NCBI GenBank assembly: GCA_963924565.1
Contig: OZ004608.1
Span: 29,512,001-29,576,000 of the forward strand
Length of the DNA stretch: 64,000 nt
DNA from: Ascidiella aspersa
Lineage: Eukaryota
Direction: 5' to 3'
The notes under the pieces are model-generated. The model was not told the DNA's origin. It did not search any database and was given only the letters and a program-made list of their open reading frames with translations. The position numbers were made by a program, and so were the translations under genes. Positions 52,701 to 62,045 of the stretch are shown piece after piece. Position 1 is the stretch's first letter, and the number at the start of each line of letters is the position of its first letter.

Positions 52701-55700
52701 ATGACCGATAATACGGGATCGCAGCCGATACCCGATGCTAAGTGGCTACCCGATAAAACATACACCCATAATGTGGGTTAGGGATGCCCGATACTTCCCA
52801 CTTTATTCCGATGCAGATGCCCGATATTTTGACGTAAAGTATCGAGTTCCAATCCGATACCAAATGACGTCACAATTATGCAAGCATAAAAATAATAATT
52901 ATTGAAACGTTCAAAGGTATTTTTTCAGGTTGTTTGACCAACCTTTGCTTTGGTTTCCCCAGTTGTTAATCTACTACTTTAAAACAAATTTACCTTCTAA
53001 GTTAGAAATGAGTGCGTTGGATTGCAAATTATAGCTGAAATACCTATATTAATTTGGTACCGGTACCGATTCGATACCCTAGTATCGGACGAGTACCGAT
53101 TCTACCACTTGGCATCGGATTTCGACTCCCATTCGATGCTGTCATACATCCCTAATGTGGGTATATGTACATTTTACCGAGTCATATACTGTGCGGCTGC
53201 GGCAGACGAACGAAATTAAGAACAGTTAGGCATCATACCACAGCTGTTCTTGGATGGGTAAACAATAAGAATTTGCAGATAAGATAAGGCAGATTTTTTT
53301 TAAAAACTACCGATTAAATATTGCTGATAGTAATCCAAAGGTTAAATTTTGGGGCTGTAATCAACTAAGTCAATTTTGGATGATTAAATTGGAAAAACAA
53401 ATGAATCGCTAAGGTCTCAACTGTAATGTTTGAAGTAAATCACAACTTTTAGAATACATTTTATTAAATTTAATTTTTTGAAAATAAATTGGTGCGCTCA
53501 CGCGTTAACGTGAAATTTTACGACATTTTGATTGGACAATTTCTCTATCTTATGCAGCGGTTAAGGTGATGTCAAATATGAAAGATTCAGTTCAGCACTT
53601 TCTCGGACAAATATTTTGAGGTAGAAATTATTGACATCATTCATTTTTCAAGATAAATTTAGATTTAATTGAAATTTAGCCAAATCAATTTATATGAAGA
53701 ATTGGCAATCGAGCTTCTCTCTTTCAACAATGTACGGCAAAAAATCTGATCTAGCTAAATAGGTAAAACTTGCGAGCATTCCTACTTGACATCCAGCGCA
53801 TCTTCCATCTGCTTTCTCCTTTCAATCCTCATCTGCTGGATGTGGCGATCCTTCTCGTGGAGTGCTGCCTCGGAGCGCGTGAGGCTGCTCCCGGTCTGCG
53901 CGAGGATCGACCTCGTCTTCTCGAATTCCGCAACCAGCTCCTCGAGCTGGAGGAAGAGGTGGAAAAAACATGAATGAAACACCAGATGGCGCAATGGTGT
54001 TTGGGAAACGAACGCCATTTTGTATCATGGTTAAAACCACATGACGTAATTGGGATATGACGTGCAACTAAAAAAAAATACAAGAAAAGAAGACGAAAAA
54101 AGAACAGGAGACTATTAACCTTTTTCACACACATAATATATTGCACTAAAATTTTATATAATGAATAAAATGATCTAAATTCAACTGAACATTGTGTTGT
54201 TATGACAACTTTTTTTTGTATAGGCACACAAATCACCGATGTATAAAAATACATATCATTTTTCTCTTAACGTGATATCTCATTAATTTTTATTCATGAT
54301 AAAAGCTGTACAGAGAGGCTTTATTACATTTATTCTTCAGGTGTTAAAATGCGCAAATGGAAGTTAACGTAGACTTTTTACGAAGTGGAAGCGAAGCAGG
54401 ACACGGAGTCGGTTTATAAGCCTTAATCGTTTAATGATACGTAAGCCTTAATCGTTTAATGATACGTAAGCCTTAATCGTTTAATGATACGTAAGCCTTA
54501 ATCGTTGGTCAAAAAGCAGCTTCAGAGGGGCTAGATAACAGTTGTTAACACACATATGTGTGTGCATGTTTCATTGAATAGATTTTGCAACAATTTTAGA
54601 CAAGAAAACATGGCAAGCAGCCAACCTGTTTTTCGAGCACGTGTCTCGAGCTCTCTTCTTCCTTGAGGAGCCGATCCTTATCTTCGGTCATCCGGACACT
54701 TTCCCGGAGCGCCTCCGAGAGCTGCATCATCCCTGTCTCCTTTTCTTTAAGCTGGGTCTGAAGAGGAGTGGAAAAAGTTGAGGAGCGGGTTGGTTAAAAG
54801 CTTTATTTCAGAAACGTAATTTTGTTGACAGTGGTTAAAATTACTATACTAAAACACTATAATGTGTTTCGAGCTGAAATTTTGCTGTATCATTTCGTTT
54901 CTGACCTCACATTACGGCAGAAACGATTGCTTTAGCATTTGTCGAAAAGCAATTTTTGACTTTTATATTTGCCCTTTGTAAGTATTGACTATTTAACGGA
55001 TTTCGTGTTTATTGTTCCTTACTTGACATTTAGTACAGGCGATAGATACGTGTTGCTAATATATTTTCGAATCGCATAATTTAATTGTAAGAATATTGTG
55101 TTAGTTAACAACCATCGTTACGAATTAACACATACATTCTGTACTCACAGTTTCCAAACAGGCAAGGTGGCGCAAAAAAAGAATATGAGTAAGCGAGGAA
55201 ATTATTTAAATATTTTCGATCACACTAAACTAACAGGAGAAGCAAGATAGACGTCTACTGTAATGTCCATACTAAGCATTTTTTTAAAGAAAAAAATAGC
55301 TCCTTGGTAGTTAAACATTAATTACGCACCAAAGCAGCTTGCCAGGTGGAAATCGTTATAGCGTAAAATACAAAACTTTCTGGAAATCGGAGCGGTACCG
55401 ATGCTAACCAAGCAAGCAATGAGTTCTGAAACTATATTGTTAAATCGGTTTATACCCGATATTGGAAATCCCTAATTAAAGTACAGGTAGCTGATTTCAA
55501 GAAGCGACCATACGCCGTTAAGTAAGAACTATGGACATTTCGCTCTAAACTGTAGAATTATACAACTGAAAAAATCCCTTTATCCCAGAATGTTGGCATC
55601 GTCTCACCAGGAGATTTGCGAGGTCCTTATCTTGAGCGGCTCCCTTCTTTCTCACTTCTTCCAACATCTGCGTGTTGAGCGACTTGATCTGTCCGCTCTG

Positions 55701-58700
55701 TTCGCGGTTTTGCCTGCAAAGTCGACAAACAAGCAGAGGTTACACGTCGTTTTACTGTCGTTAACAGTTTTCAGGTTGATTCAGCAGGAACCTTTAGTCT
55801 GCGACACCTTTTTATTTATAATAACATTTTCGCGACCCTTAGACAATACTAAACAGAACCTTTTTGGTTGTTGACTAATTGTTAAGGTAATGTGCAACCA
55901 AGTTGGAAATAACGTTCTGCACTAGTTTTTAAAGCTGCTCGGCTTAAGTCGGAAAATGGACATTCACGTAGATGTAACATTTGTGTAAAATGTTTCATCA
56001 CGTCTGTCGTACAAAAATTTCGTATGTGAACTAATGGTGCAAAGTCAAATTTTTTGAGAATGAAATTACGTCATATTTGTACGATGCCTAAACGCAACGT
56101 ATGTTGAGATGTATGACGGTGATACTAATCAACTAAATATACGAAAAACGTAAGAGTAAAGTTATATGATCGACCTAACTTTTTCTGCAATTCCACTACA
56201 GGACAATCTTTCTAAACGCAAAAATATAAAATTGCCAATTCAGTATAAATCCAGACAAAACTTCAATCTCCCTCTTCACAAAAACAAGGGTTTCCAACCG
56301 TATGATACGTCACTTACTTTTCGAGGGTGTTGATACGCACATCTTTTCCGTGCTTTTCGTTTTCCGTCTCCTTGAGGATTTCCAGCAGTCGATCGAGTTC
56401 GCCCTGACCCCGAGTAACCTTAAAATCACATAAAAGCGTTTCAGGTCAGTAGGCTTTGTGACGCATATAGACTAGAGGTTATACGAGGTCAAAAAGAAAT
56501 TCTTACAGCGTTACGAAACGATAGTGATTCATGTTTCACAATTAGGCCACTCGGTCTATTTTTAAACCAAGGTTATTGAGTGTTTTTAATTATAAGGTTA
56601 TTAGGTGATTTTAAACTTTTTAATGGAAAAAAATGAAGATTGTTTTTTTTTGGAAAGTGAAGCAAGATTGCCCGACAATAATTATCTTACTAAATTTTAA
56701 AGCAACTTAATCTATAGCTTTATACCAACAAATATCTAATAGAACCTTATTAAAATGCCACTATCAAATTTTCGAGCCCAAAACAATAATGCGCCAAATT
56801 ACAGCAATACATAATTTTACAGTTAGTCGGTGATATATTATTTTATATCAATTTCCACGAACCTCAGTCGACTTTTCTTCGAGCATTTTCTCGAGCACCT
56901 CAATTTTCTCTTTGCTCTCTTCCTTGACTTTCGCCAGCGCGTTCGACTGTTGCGTCTGCATGACGTCACAGTGTTAGAAATATGCAAATCTGTATGACGT
57001 CACGAGTATGCAAATATGCAACGTGTTTTCAGTAGAGGACATTTTATAAAGTGTTAAAAGCTACTAGCATAACTAAGCGGTTACTTTGCATGGGCGTCTA
57101 ATTTACGGCAAATTGCGAAAAAAGACTGGGATGACGTATGCATGACGTAAGCATACGTGAAACCTGATACTTTAAAATGGAAAGCATCATTAGTATTTGG
57201 CAAGCGTTTTACAAAGTTAGCAAGTTATGCATTGCCTAAAGTGGATACCGTTCTTCACAGGTCAATATTTTGGGGAAAAACTTTATTTTTTCCTGAAACC
57301 AGCAAGGCGCTTTTTAAAACATTCATAATATACACCCGTGCGTATTTCTTTGCAAACACGTAGGGATTTCGGCTCAGTAAATAAACAGGTTAACGAACAA
57401 TTAACTCAAATAGCATTTGCACCCCAAACAATTACCTTAAATAGAATTTGGCACCAAGATATTGCTTTTTAAACGCTGCATTCTTCAGGCATTTTGCAGA
57501 ATTAATTATCATCACCAAACCAACGATTTGTCACCGCATGATCAAACAAAATCAAATCAGCTTTGTGATTTTGTTTCAGCAAACATATTTACCGATTATT
57601 TTGTAAAATAAAGTAAAAAAAAACAAAAAACGACTGAAATGCCTTTGTTTTATTATCGAAAAAAAGTATTAAATCAATCAAAGAAAAAAAGCTTTCTATT
57701 TGCGCTAAATAATTAATTAAAGAGAATAAAATAATAAGCATAAAACAGAGCTTTTTAGTAAATGCATAATTTATAAGTAAGATTTTAGCTGAAAATAAAA
57801 ATCAATTTTAGTTGCAAAAGCAAGCATGCAAAAGTAAGTCTAAAATTAATCTTTTTTCGTGCGAATCGTGATCTTACTTGTTCCAAATCGTGGTCTTCGA
57901 CACTCTGTTCATAAAGAACTACAAGTTACGTTACACTATCCGTTTAGTTTTCCGGCAAGGATACTTTTACGCCGATTGAAAAACCGGTAATAGCAATAGC
58001 AGCAACTTTATTTATTGAAAATGTCCGTTACAATTCACATGGAATGAAATAAGTACAGTAGCTATAATCTTGGACAGCTCCAACTGAAAAAGCAGTATAG
58101 CTATAAAAAATGAAAAAAGTATTGGGTTGAGATGAGTCAATTTGGATTTGAAATAGAAACGATTTAATCTTAGTAAAAACGGATAACACTAATTAATTTA
58201 AACAAAGATAAAATATCAGTAAATTTTAGGTATAATTAAAGTAATTCATAGAAAAATAATATCTGAGTTTTTTTTAATTATAAACATGTAAGGGGAGACT
58301 GTGGGAAAAATTGTCCTACTTTAACCTGTATTTGCAAATGATAGCTGATTTCTCGATATATAAGAAAATGCCAGCATAGAAAACTGAGCGAAGAAAAAAA
58401 GTCGGTTCCAGCTTGGACTTCTAAGCTTAAATATAAAACTTGTCAACTGTTTACAGGCAGGGTAATTAGTGGCACTATATAAAGACAAGTTGTACTAAAT
58501 TCTCGACAAACTTTCACACAATCGTTCTTCTTCAGGTCAAAGTTGAAATGACAACAAAGTGAAATGACTACTTAGAAATGACTGCAAAGTAGAAATGACT
58601 ACAAAGTAGAAATGGCTACTTATAAATGAGTACAAAGCAGAAATTACTACTTTGACCTGATGATGCTCGGTTGTGAGAAAGCTTGTAATGATTTCAATAC

Positions 58701-61556
58701 AATTTGCCTTTAAATAGTGCCACCTGATTACCCTATTTAGAATTAAACAAATACAGCCATTTACTAATTGTTTACAGACACCGACTATATAGTAACATGC
58801 GAAGTGAATCAGCGACCTTTTTAAGTTGTGCCTCGAAGCGCGCAATCTCCTCGCTCTTCTGCTGGAGCGAGATCTCCATCTGTTTGATCCTCGAGTCCTT
58901 CTTCAGGATGGAGGATGCCAGGGAGGAGGCGTGCTCCTGGACATCGCTCATCGCGCTCTGGGAGGAGGAAGAGGATGGTTATGAAGAGATGGAAAAAGAA
59001 CGCGGCTTGAGTTTGGGAGGAAAATGCCGGCTGTTGTGGCTTCATGATTTAATTTGGGAGTTTTGAAAATGGTAATTTTTTGTCTTATATTTGTCCGTGA
59101 AAATACCGCAAATAATACAAATTAAAAATATTGTTTTTCTGATATTCTTTTTTATCAGAAAATGGTTTTAAAAAAGTTAAAACTAACTTGTTTTAAAAAA
59201 AATTTACTCTGTAGATGACGACTGGAAACAACTTTTACCAATCGTTATCAGTGCTGTGGCTAACAATAAACATGCGTATAGCCTTTCAAAAAGGTTTAAG
59301 AATTATAAAAATAGAGTTTACAAAAAAATTTGGTTTTATAAAAAGGTAAAGCTTCGCAGTGGTTTCAAAAGTAACGAAAAAAACAGGCTGTAGGAACAAA
59401 ATGTTAGCGCTTTGCTCATAAAACGCAGCTCAGCAAAGCGGTCCTGAAAACGGCGTAAAAATTTGAAACAGAGGGCATAAATCGATGTAAAAGACGTCAG
59501 CGAACGAGAAACGACCATAAAAATAGTATAAACAAGGCACGAAAAGCGGGGTAAATAGGCGACGCGGTCGCTTTTATAGCTTCTACCGCGTGACTGACGC
59601 AGCTATATAGAACAGGACGTTTTTAAGAACAACATCAACACCGGGCACCTCTTTATCCGTAAGGTCGCGCTGAAGGGTCTCGAGTCGTTTCTCCAGCGTT
59701 CGCTTTGCCTTCTTCAGTTCTTCGATCTCGACCGAGTTTTTCTCTGTGCTGGATTCCTGCGACGACTGCAGCCGCTCGATTATCTTGTCCTGTTAATATG
59801 GGGATACAGGAAGGGTTATTAGAGCGTTGAAGCGAGAGGGAGAATTGATCGTTAAAGGTTTAACTAATCAATTTGCGTTAAGCAGAGATGAAGTGTGACA
59901 ATTCGAGCTAATTCTTTAGCAGGGATTTGGTTGTAAGGTTTGGAATCGGGAAACTCATTCTGCCAGCTTATAGTTAGCAGAGTGACTTGAAATTCACTTC
60001 AGCTTTAAGTCATTTCCATATAAAAAAACAGGATGACAAATCGTTTAACTGAGTTTAAAATTCTGGGTAAACCCGAGTGAAACCCAGGATCAGACATTCA
60101 CGGACTGTATATTTCACCTACACTGACATCGTCATTTTCTTTAAGTAAAGTAAAATAATATACATCGCAGCAAAGTAATAATAAGCTTGATACTGAAAGC
60201 TGGCCAGATTAGGTAAAAGGTTTTAATTTAAGTAACGTTTTGTTGATGGACGGGGTGTGCTGTATAGCGTCACTAGGTTTATTGCTCGTTAAATTTGCAT
60301 TTTTTTTATATTGCATTTTGCGTATACTTGTTCATGTTTATTCGGCATGGCTTGTGCAGAATATAAAGCATAACAAATTAAACGGCAAATTTAAGACTTA
60401 AAAAACATTGAGCATGTTAAGACCTACTTTTTCGGTTAGAGCTTCCTCCATGGTTGAAAGCGCCGAGTCGCTGGTGGAGGAATCCCGCTGGAGGGCGCTC
60501 ATGCGCTCGTTGCTTGCCTCGATCTGACGTTCCTTCTGACGCACGACCTCAGCAAGGCTCTCGATCTAAACACAGTTTATAAAGTCGACATAAAGTACGC
60601 CGAAATGAGAAAGCACAAAAAATATTATATTAAAAGCAAACAGCAGTCCATAAAGACTGGCCAATTGTTGTGACCAGCCAATAGAAATTGTACTCCAAAC
60701 AGGCGTTTTGTATTGTTTTGTTTTCCGAAGAGCAGCCGAAAATTGTTGACCATTCGAAAGCAAATTTAGCAGTTAAAATATTTTAATGTTCTCGTTTTGC
60801 AAACACCCAAGAAAATCCTGGAAAGTAGAGGGAATTTATAGGCATACACAGATTTAGAATAAACCCAAAATTTTAAGGTTTATCTAATCAACAAAAAATT
60901 GCCAATGTTTAGAAAATTTGATACTGTAAGGTAGACATGTGAACTACTCATAGAGAGAGGTCCATGCAAAAGTTTGTTCAAGCGGGTCTGCGTTATTAAA
61001 TGCTCCATCTTGTGTCCAACTACGTTATTTTCTGTCATGCAAACGAGCTGTAGATGCCAGTTGCAAAAACGCATAGTAATTAAAATAAGTTCATAGTAGT
61101 TCATATGTCCCCTTTTGTTGTACTGATGTTAAGTCAACCATAATTCCTTTTTTCCGAGACCTAAAATTTTTCCTTAACACTATCTGACATCGTATGTATA
61201 GTTGTTTAACTTTAACACAAAATAAATTTGATAGGTTAACGTAATACTTTTTATTTATTTTTTTTTAACTTTAACACAAAATAAATTTAAGTCGTTTACC
61301 TAATATTTTTTTTATTTTTTTAAACTTTAACACAATGGTTTACCTAATATTTATTTTTTTATTTTTGTAAAACTTTTCAAGTGTTCACCTTCTTGTGCAA
61401 GACCGCCACTTTTCGGTCCTTGACGTCGAGCGTGTCGCGGAGGTGTGAGAGCTCCGATCCGCTGCTGCTCCGTTCCTCCTGCATCCTGGAGAGGTGCTCC
61501 TGCTTCTGGTCGATCACCTGCTGCTTCTCGTCGAGTCGGGATCGCAGGGAGTCCAC
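43745..61556 (-). CDS. ERC1: ERC/ELKS/CAST active-zone coiled-coil protein (ERC1/ERC2 co-orthologue), 3' portion, 12 coding exons; 5' end outside window
   Basis: Manual splicing of 61389-61556, 60428-60565, 59649-59789, 58817-58957, 56863-56955, 56318-56418, 55608-55713, 54626-54757, 53786-53946, 52217-52364, 45691-45855 and 43745-43771. All introns are GT-AG with matching phases, giving 1521 nt of open frame. Contains ERC hallmarks EHASSLASS..KKDSR, ELDRLLEILKETENEK, KQEALLAAISEKDANIALLELS, LVQQLKQQTQNRLKLM and C-terminal EGIWA*. Confidence 0.96.
43893..44261. mobile_element. Degenerate MITE-like element with GACTC/GAGTC subterminal repeats in the last ERC intron
   Basis: Clusters of GGACTC/CGAGTC at both ends, terminus CCGACCCGCAGCGCTG; boundaries approximate. 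Confidence 0.45.
45107..45325. repeat. ~75-bp tandem repeat, 3 copies
   Basis: TTTGTCGCATTTTGCTATTGTTTTGAAAAAAAA...AAAAACGTGCGACATTGGTAGAAAA repeated at ~45107, 45182 and 45257. Confidence 0.9.
45560..45630 (-). mobile_element. Terminal part of the same hAT MITE family, reverse orientation
   Basis: GGACCCCAGTTTAAGAACCCCTG is the reverse complement of the family 5' end; similar ends at ~7874, ~18038 and ~62045. Confidence 0.7.
45691..45855 (-). CDS. ERC1: ERC penultimate exon: TQNRLKLMQDTINDD + Gln-rich linker ...PRYRPANGE
   Basis: tttcag acceptor, GAG|gtgaga donor, 165 nt; TQNR-x-KLM continues the conserved motif. Confidence 0.93.
49863..50134 (+). mobile_element. hAT MITE, same family, diverged
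   Basis: CAGGGATTCGTAAACTGGGGTCC start, AAAACGCTTTG.CGCCT internal motif shared with the 10.1 and 12.1 kb copies; end approximate. Confidence 0.65.
51143..51582. mobile_element. tRNA-containing non-autonomous retro-insertion with internal inversion, flanked by a 13-bp TSD-like repeat
   Basis: TCTTCTTTGAAAA (51130-51142) and TCTTCTTGGAAAA (51583-51595); 66-bp inverted repeat 51142-51207/51432-51497; 31-bp inverted repeat 51396-51426/51554-51584; tRNA-like core; partial second copy near 54487-54580. Confidence 0.75.
51218..51290 (-). pseudogene. tRNA-derived (SINE-like) Pol III unit, not a canonical tRNA
   Basis: A box TAGCTCAGTTGG, D stem GCTC/GAGC, B box GTTCGAACC in a T-arm, T5 tract just downstream. 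The acceptor stem does not pair canonically and the anticodon loop is 9 nt. Confidence 0.7.
51872..52202 (+). mobile_element. hAT MITE, same family, 14 nt into the intron after ERC exon 52217-52364
   Basis: CAGGGGTTCTAAAACTGGG...AAGAATCCCTG; TSD TTGTAGAC/TTGTAGCC (7/8). Confidence 0.85.
52217..52364 (-). CDS. ERC1: ERC exon: QEALLAAISEKDANIALLELSQSRKSKNAEEVCLLRREKDKLVQQLKQQ
   Basis: tttccag acceptor, CAG|gtaatc donor, 148 nt; near-identical to the most conserved ERC motif. Confidence 0.97.
52412..53411. repeat. Long imperfect inverted repeat (fold-back), arms ~52412-52746 and ~53105-53411
   Basis: Colinear reverse-complement anchors: TAGCGATTCATTT/AAATGAATCGCTA, AATCATCCAAA/TTTGGATGATT, TTTAATCGGTAG/CTACCGATTAAA, TTCTTAATTTCGTT/AACGAAATTAAGAA, ATATGACTCGGT/ACCGAGTCATAT, CCCACATTAG/CTAATGTGGG. 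Confidence 0.85.
52779..53154. mobile_element. hAT-type MITE with TAGGGATG/CATCCCTA TIRs and CCGATAC subterminal repeats
   Basis: Perfect 8-bp TSD ATGTGGGT (52771-52778, 53155-53162); multiple CCGAT(A/G)C and ATCGG motifs in opposite orientation at the two ends. Confidence 0.85.
53786..53946 (-). CDS. ERC1: ERC exon: LEELVAEFEKTRSILAQTGSSLTRSEAALHEKDRHIQQMRIERRKQMEDALDV(K)
   Basis: cctccag acceptor, AA|gtagga donor, 161 nt; conserved ERRKQ/H-x-EE motif region. Confidence 0.95.
54417..54580 (+). repeat. 25-bp tandem repeat (TAAGCCTTAATCGTTTAATGATACG, ~3.5 copies) leading into a partial copy of the 51.1-51.6 kb element
   Basis: Units start at 54417, 54442, 54467 and 54492; ATACGTAAGCC...GTTGGTCAAAAAGCAGC...TTAACACACATATG matches 51503-51584. 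Confidence 0.85.
54626..54757 (-). CDS. ERC1: ERC exon: TQLKEKETGMMQLSEALRESVRMTEDKDRLLKEEESSRHVLEKQ
   Basis: cttcag acceptor, CAG|gttggc donor, 132 nt; resembles the vertebrate EALRESVQITAERE...EES...EKQ segment. Confidence 0.93.
55608..55713 (-). CDS. ERC1: ERC exon: QNREQSGQIKSLNTQMLEEVRKKGAAQDKDLANLL
   Basis: tttgcag acceptor (phase 2, matches previous exon), CTG|gtgaga donor, 106 nt. Confidence 0.9.
56318..56418 (-). CDS. ERC1: ERC exon: VTRGQGELDRLLEILKETENEKHGKDVRINTLE(K)
   Basis: ttttaag acceptor, AA|gtaagt donor, 101 nt; conserved DRLLEILKE-x-ENEK motif. Confidence 0.95.
56863..56955 (-). CDS. ERC1: ERC exon: TQQSNALAKVKEESKEKIEVLEKMLEEKSTE
   Basis: atgcag acceptor with CTAAC branch-like motif upstream, GAG|gttcgt donor, 93 nt, phase 0/0. 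Confidence 0.88.
58545..58650. repeat. Degenerate 14-17-bp minisatellite (AGAAATGACTACAAAGT)
   Basis: About 7 consecutive GAAATGACTAC-like units. Confidence 0.75.
58817..58957 (-). CDS. ERC1: ERC exon: SAMSDVQEHASSLASSILKKDSRIKQMEISLQQKSEEIARFEAQLKK
   Basis: ctcccag acceptor, AAG|gtcgct donor, 141 nt; conserved EHASSLASS-x-LKKDSR motif. Confidence 0.95.
59649..59789 (-). CDS. ERC1: ERC exon: DKIIERLQSSQESSTEKNSVEIEELKKAKRTLEKRLETLQRDLTDKE
   Basis: taacag acceptor, GAG|gtgccc donor, 141 nt, in frame with neighbours, coiled-coil composition. Confidence 0.92.
60428..60565 (-). CDS. ERC1: ERC exon: IESLAEVVRQKERQIEASNERMSALQRDSSTSDSALSTMEEALTEK
   Basis: tttag acceptor, AAA|gtaggt donor, 138 nt; resembles vertebrate IENLQEQLRDKEKQ...TLEEALAEK. 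Confidence 0.95.
61207..61365. repeat. AT-rich ~55-60-bp tandem repeat, 3 copies
   Basis: AACTTTAACACAA...TAATA(C/T)TTTT units at ~61208, 61268 and 61323. Confidence 0.7.
61389..61556 (-). CDS. ERC1: ERC exon: VDSLRSRLDEKQQVIDQKQEHLSRMQEERSSSGSELSHLRDTLDVKDRKVAVLHKK
   Basis: ctccag acceptor, AAG|gtgaac donor, 168 nt, phase 0/0; resembles vertebrate VDALRLRLEEK...DMLDVKERKVNVLQKK. Confidence 0.95.
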
Positions 61557-61652
61557 CTGGAGCAGGAGGGATGATGAAGAGTTAAGAAAAGGAGGTTCAG
61601 GAAGAATAAGATCAGTGTTTCTTCACCTTTTTAGCGCTCGTACCCTTTAAGC

Positions 61653-62045
61653 CAGTGTTTCTTAATCAGGTGAATGGTTCACCCCAGGGTGAATACAATT
61701 TTTGCAGGGGTGAACAAACCAAAAGGGGTGAATAAGGGTAAGTCATTTGTGCTGTTATATACAGACGAGATAGTTTTTTATTATCATGAGACAAGGGTGA
61801 ATGAAATCTGGAGTGTTGAATCTATGCATTAAATACAGTCTTTTTCAAGTTCAACAATATTTACAACACACCAAAAATCAGTCAATTTACCAATGGCTTA
61901 ATGGCTTTTTGTTGCTGTTTTTCGTAAATTACGCATTCTGCACAAATATGCCTAATAAGCGCATAATTTTACACTGCATGGCGTAACCCCTACTTTGGTG
62001 CTTCGTACCACCAAGGGTACACGTACCACTGGTTAAGAACCCCTG
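61653..62045. mobile_element. hAT-type MITE(s), possibly composite
   Basis: CAGTGTTTCTTAA start with GGGGTGAA repeats; GGTTAAGAACCCCTG end; no matching TSD. Confidence 0.55.

Noticed and set aside
52130-61650. Plus-strand ORFs overlapping ERC exons (e.g. 52224-52463, 58797-59066, 61381-61650)
   Set aside because: Antisense shadows of the real minus-strand coiled-coil exons.
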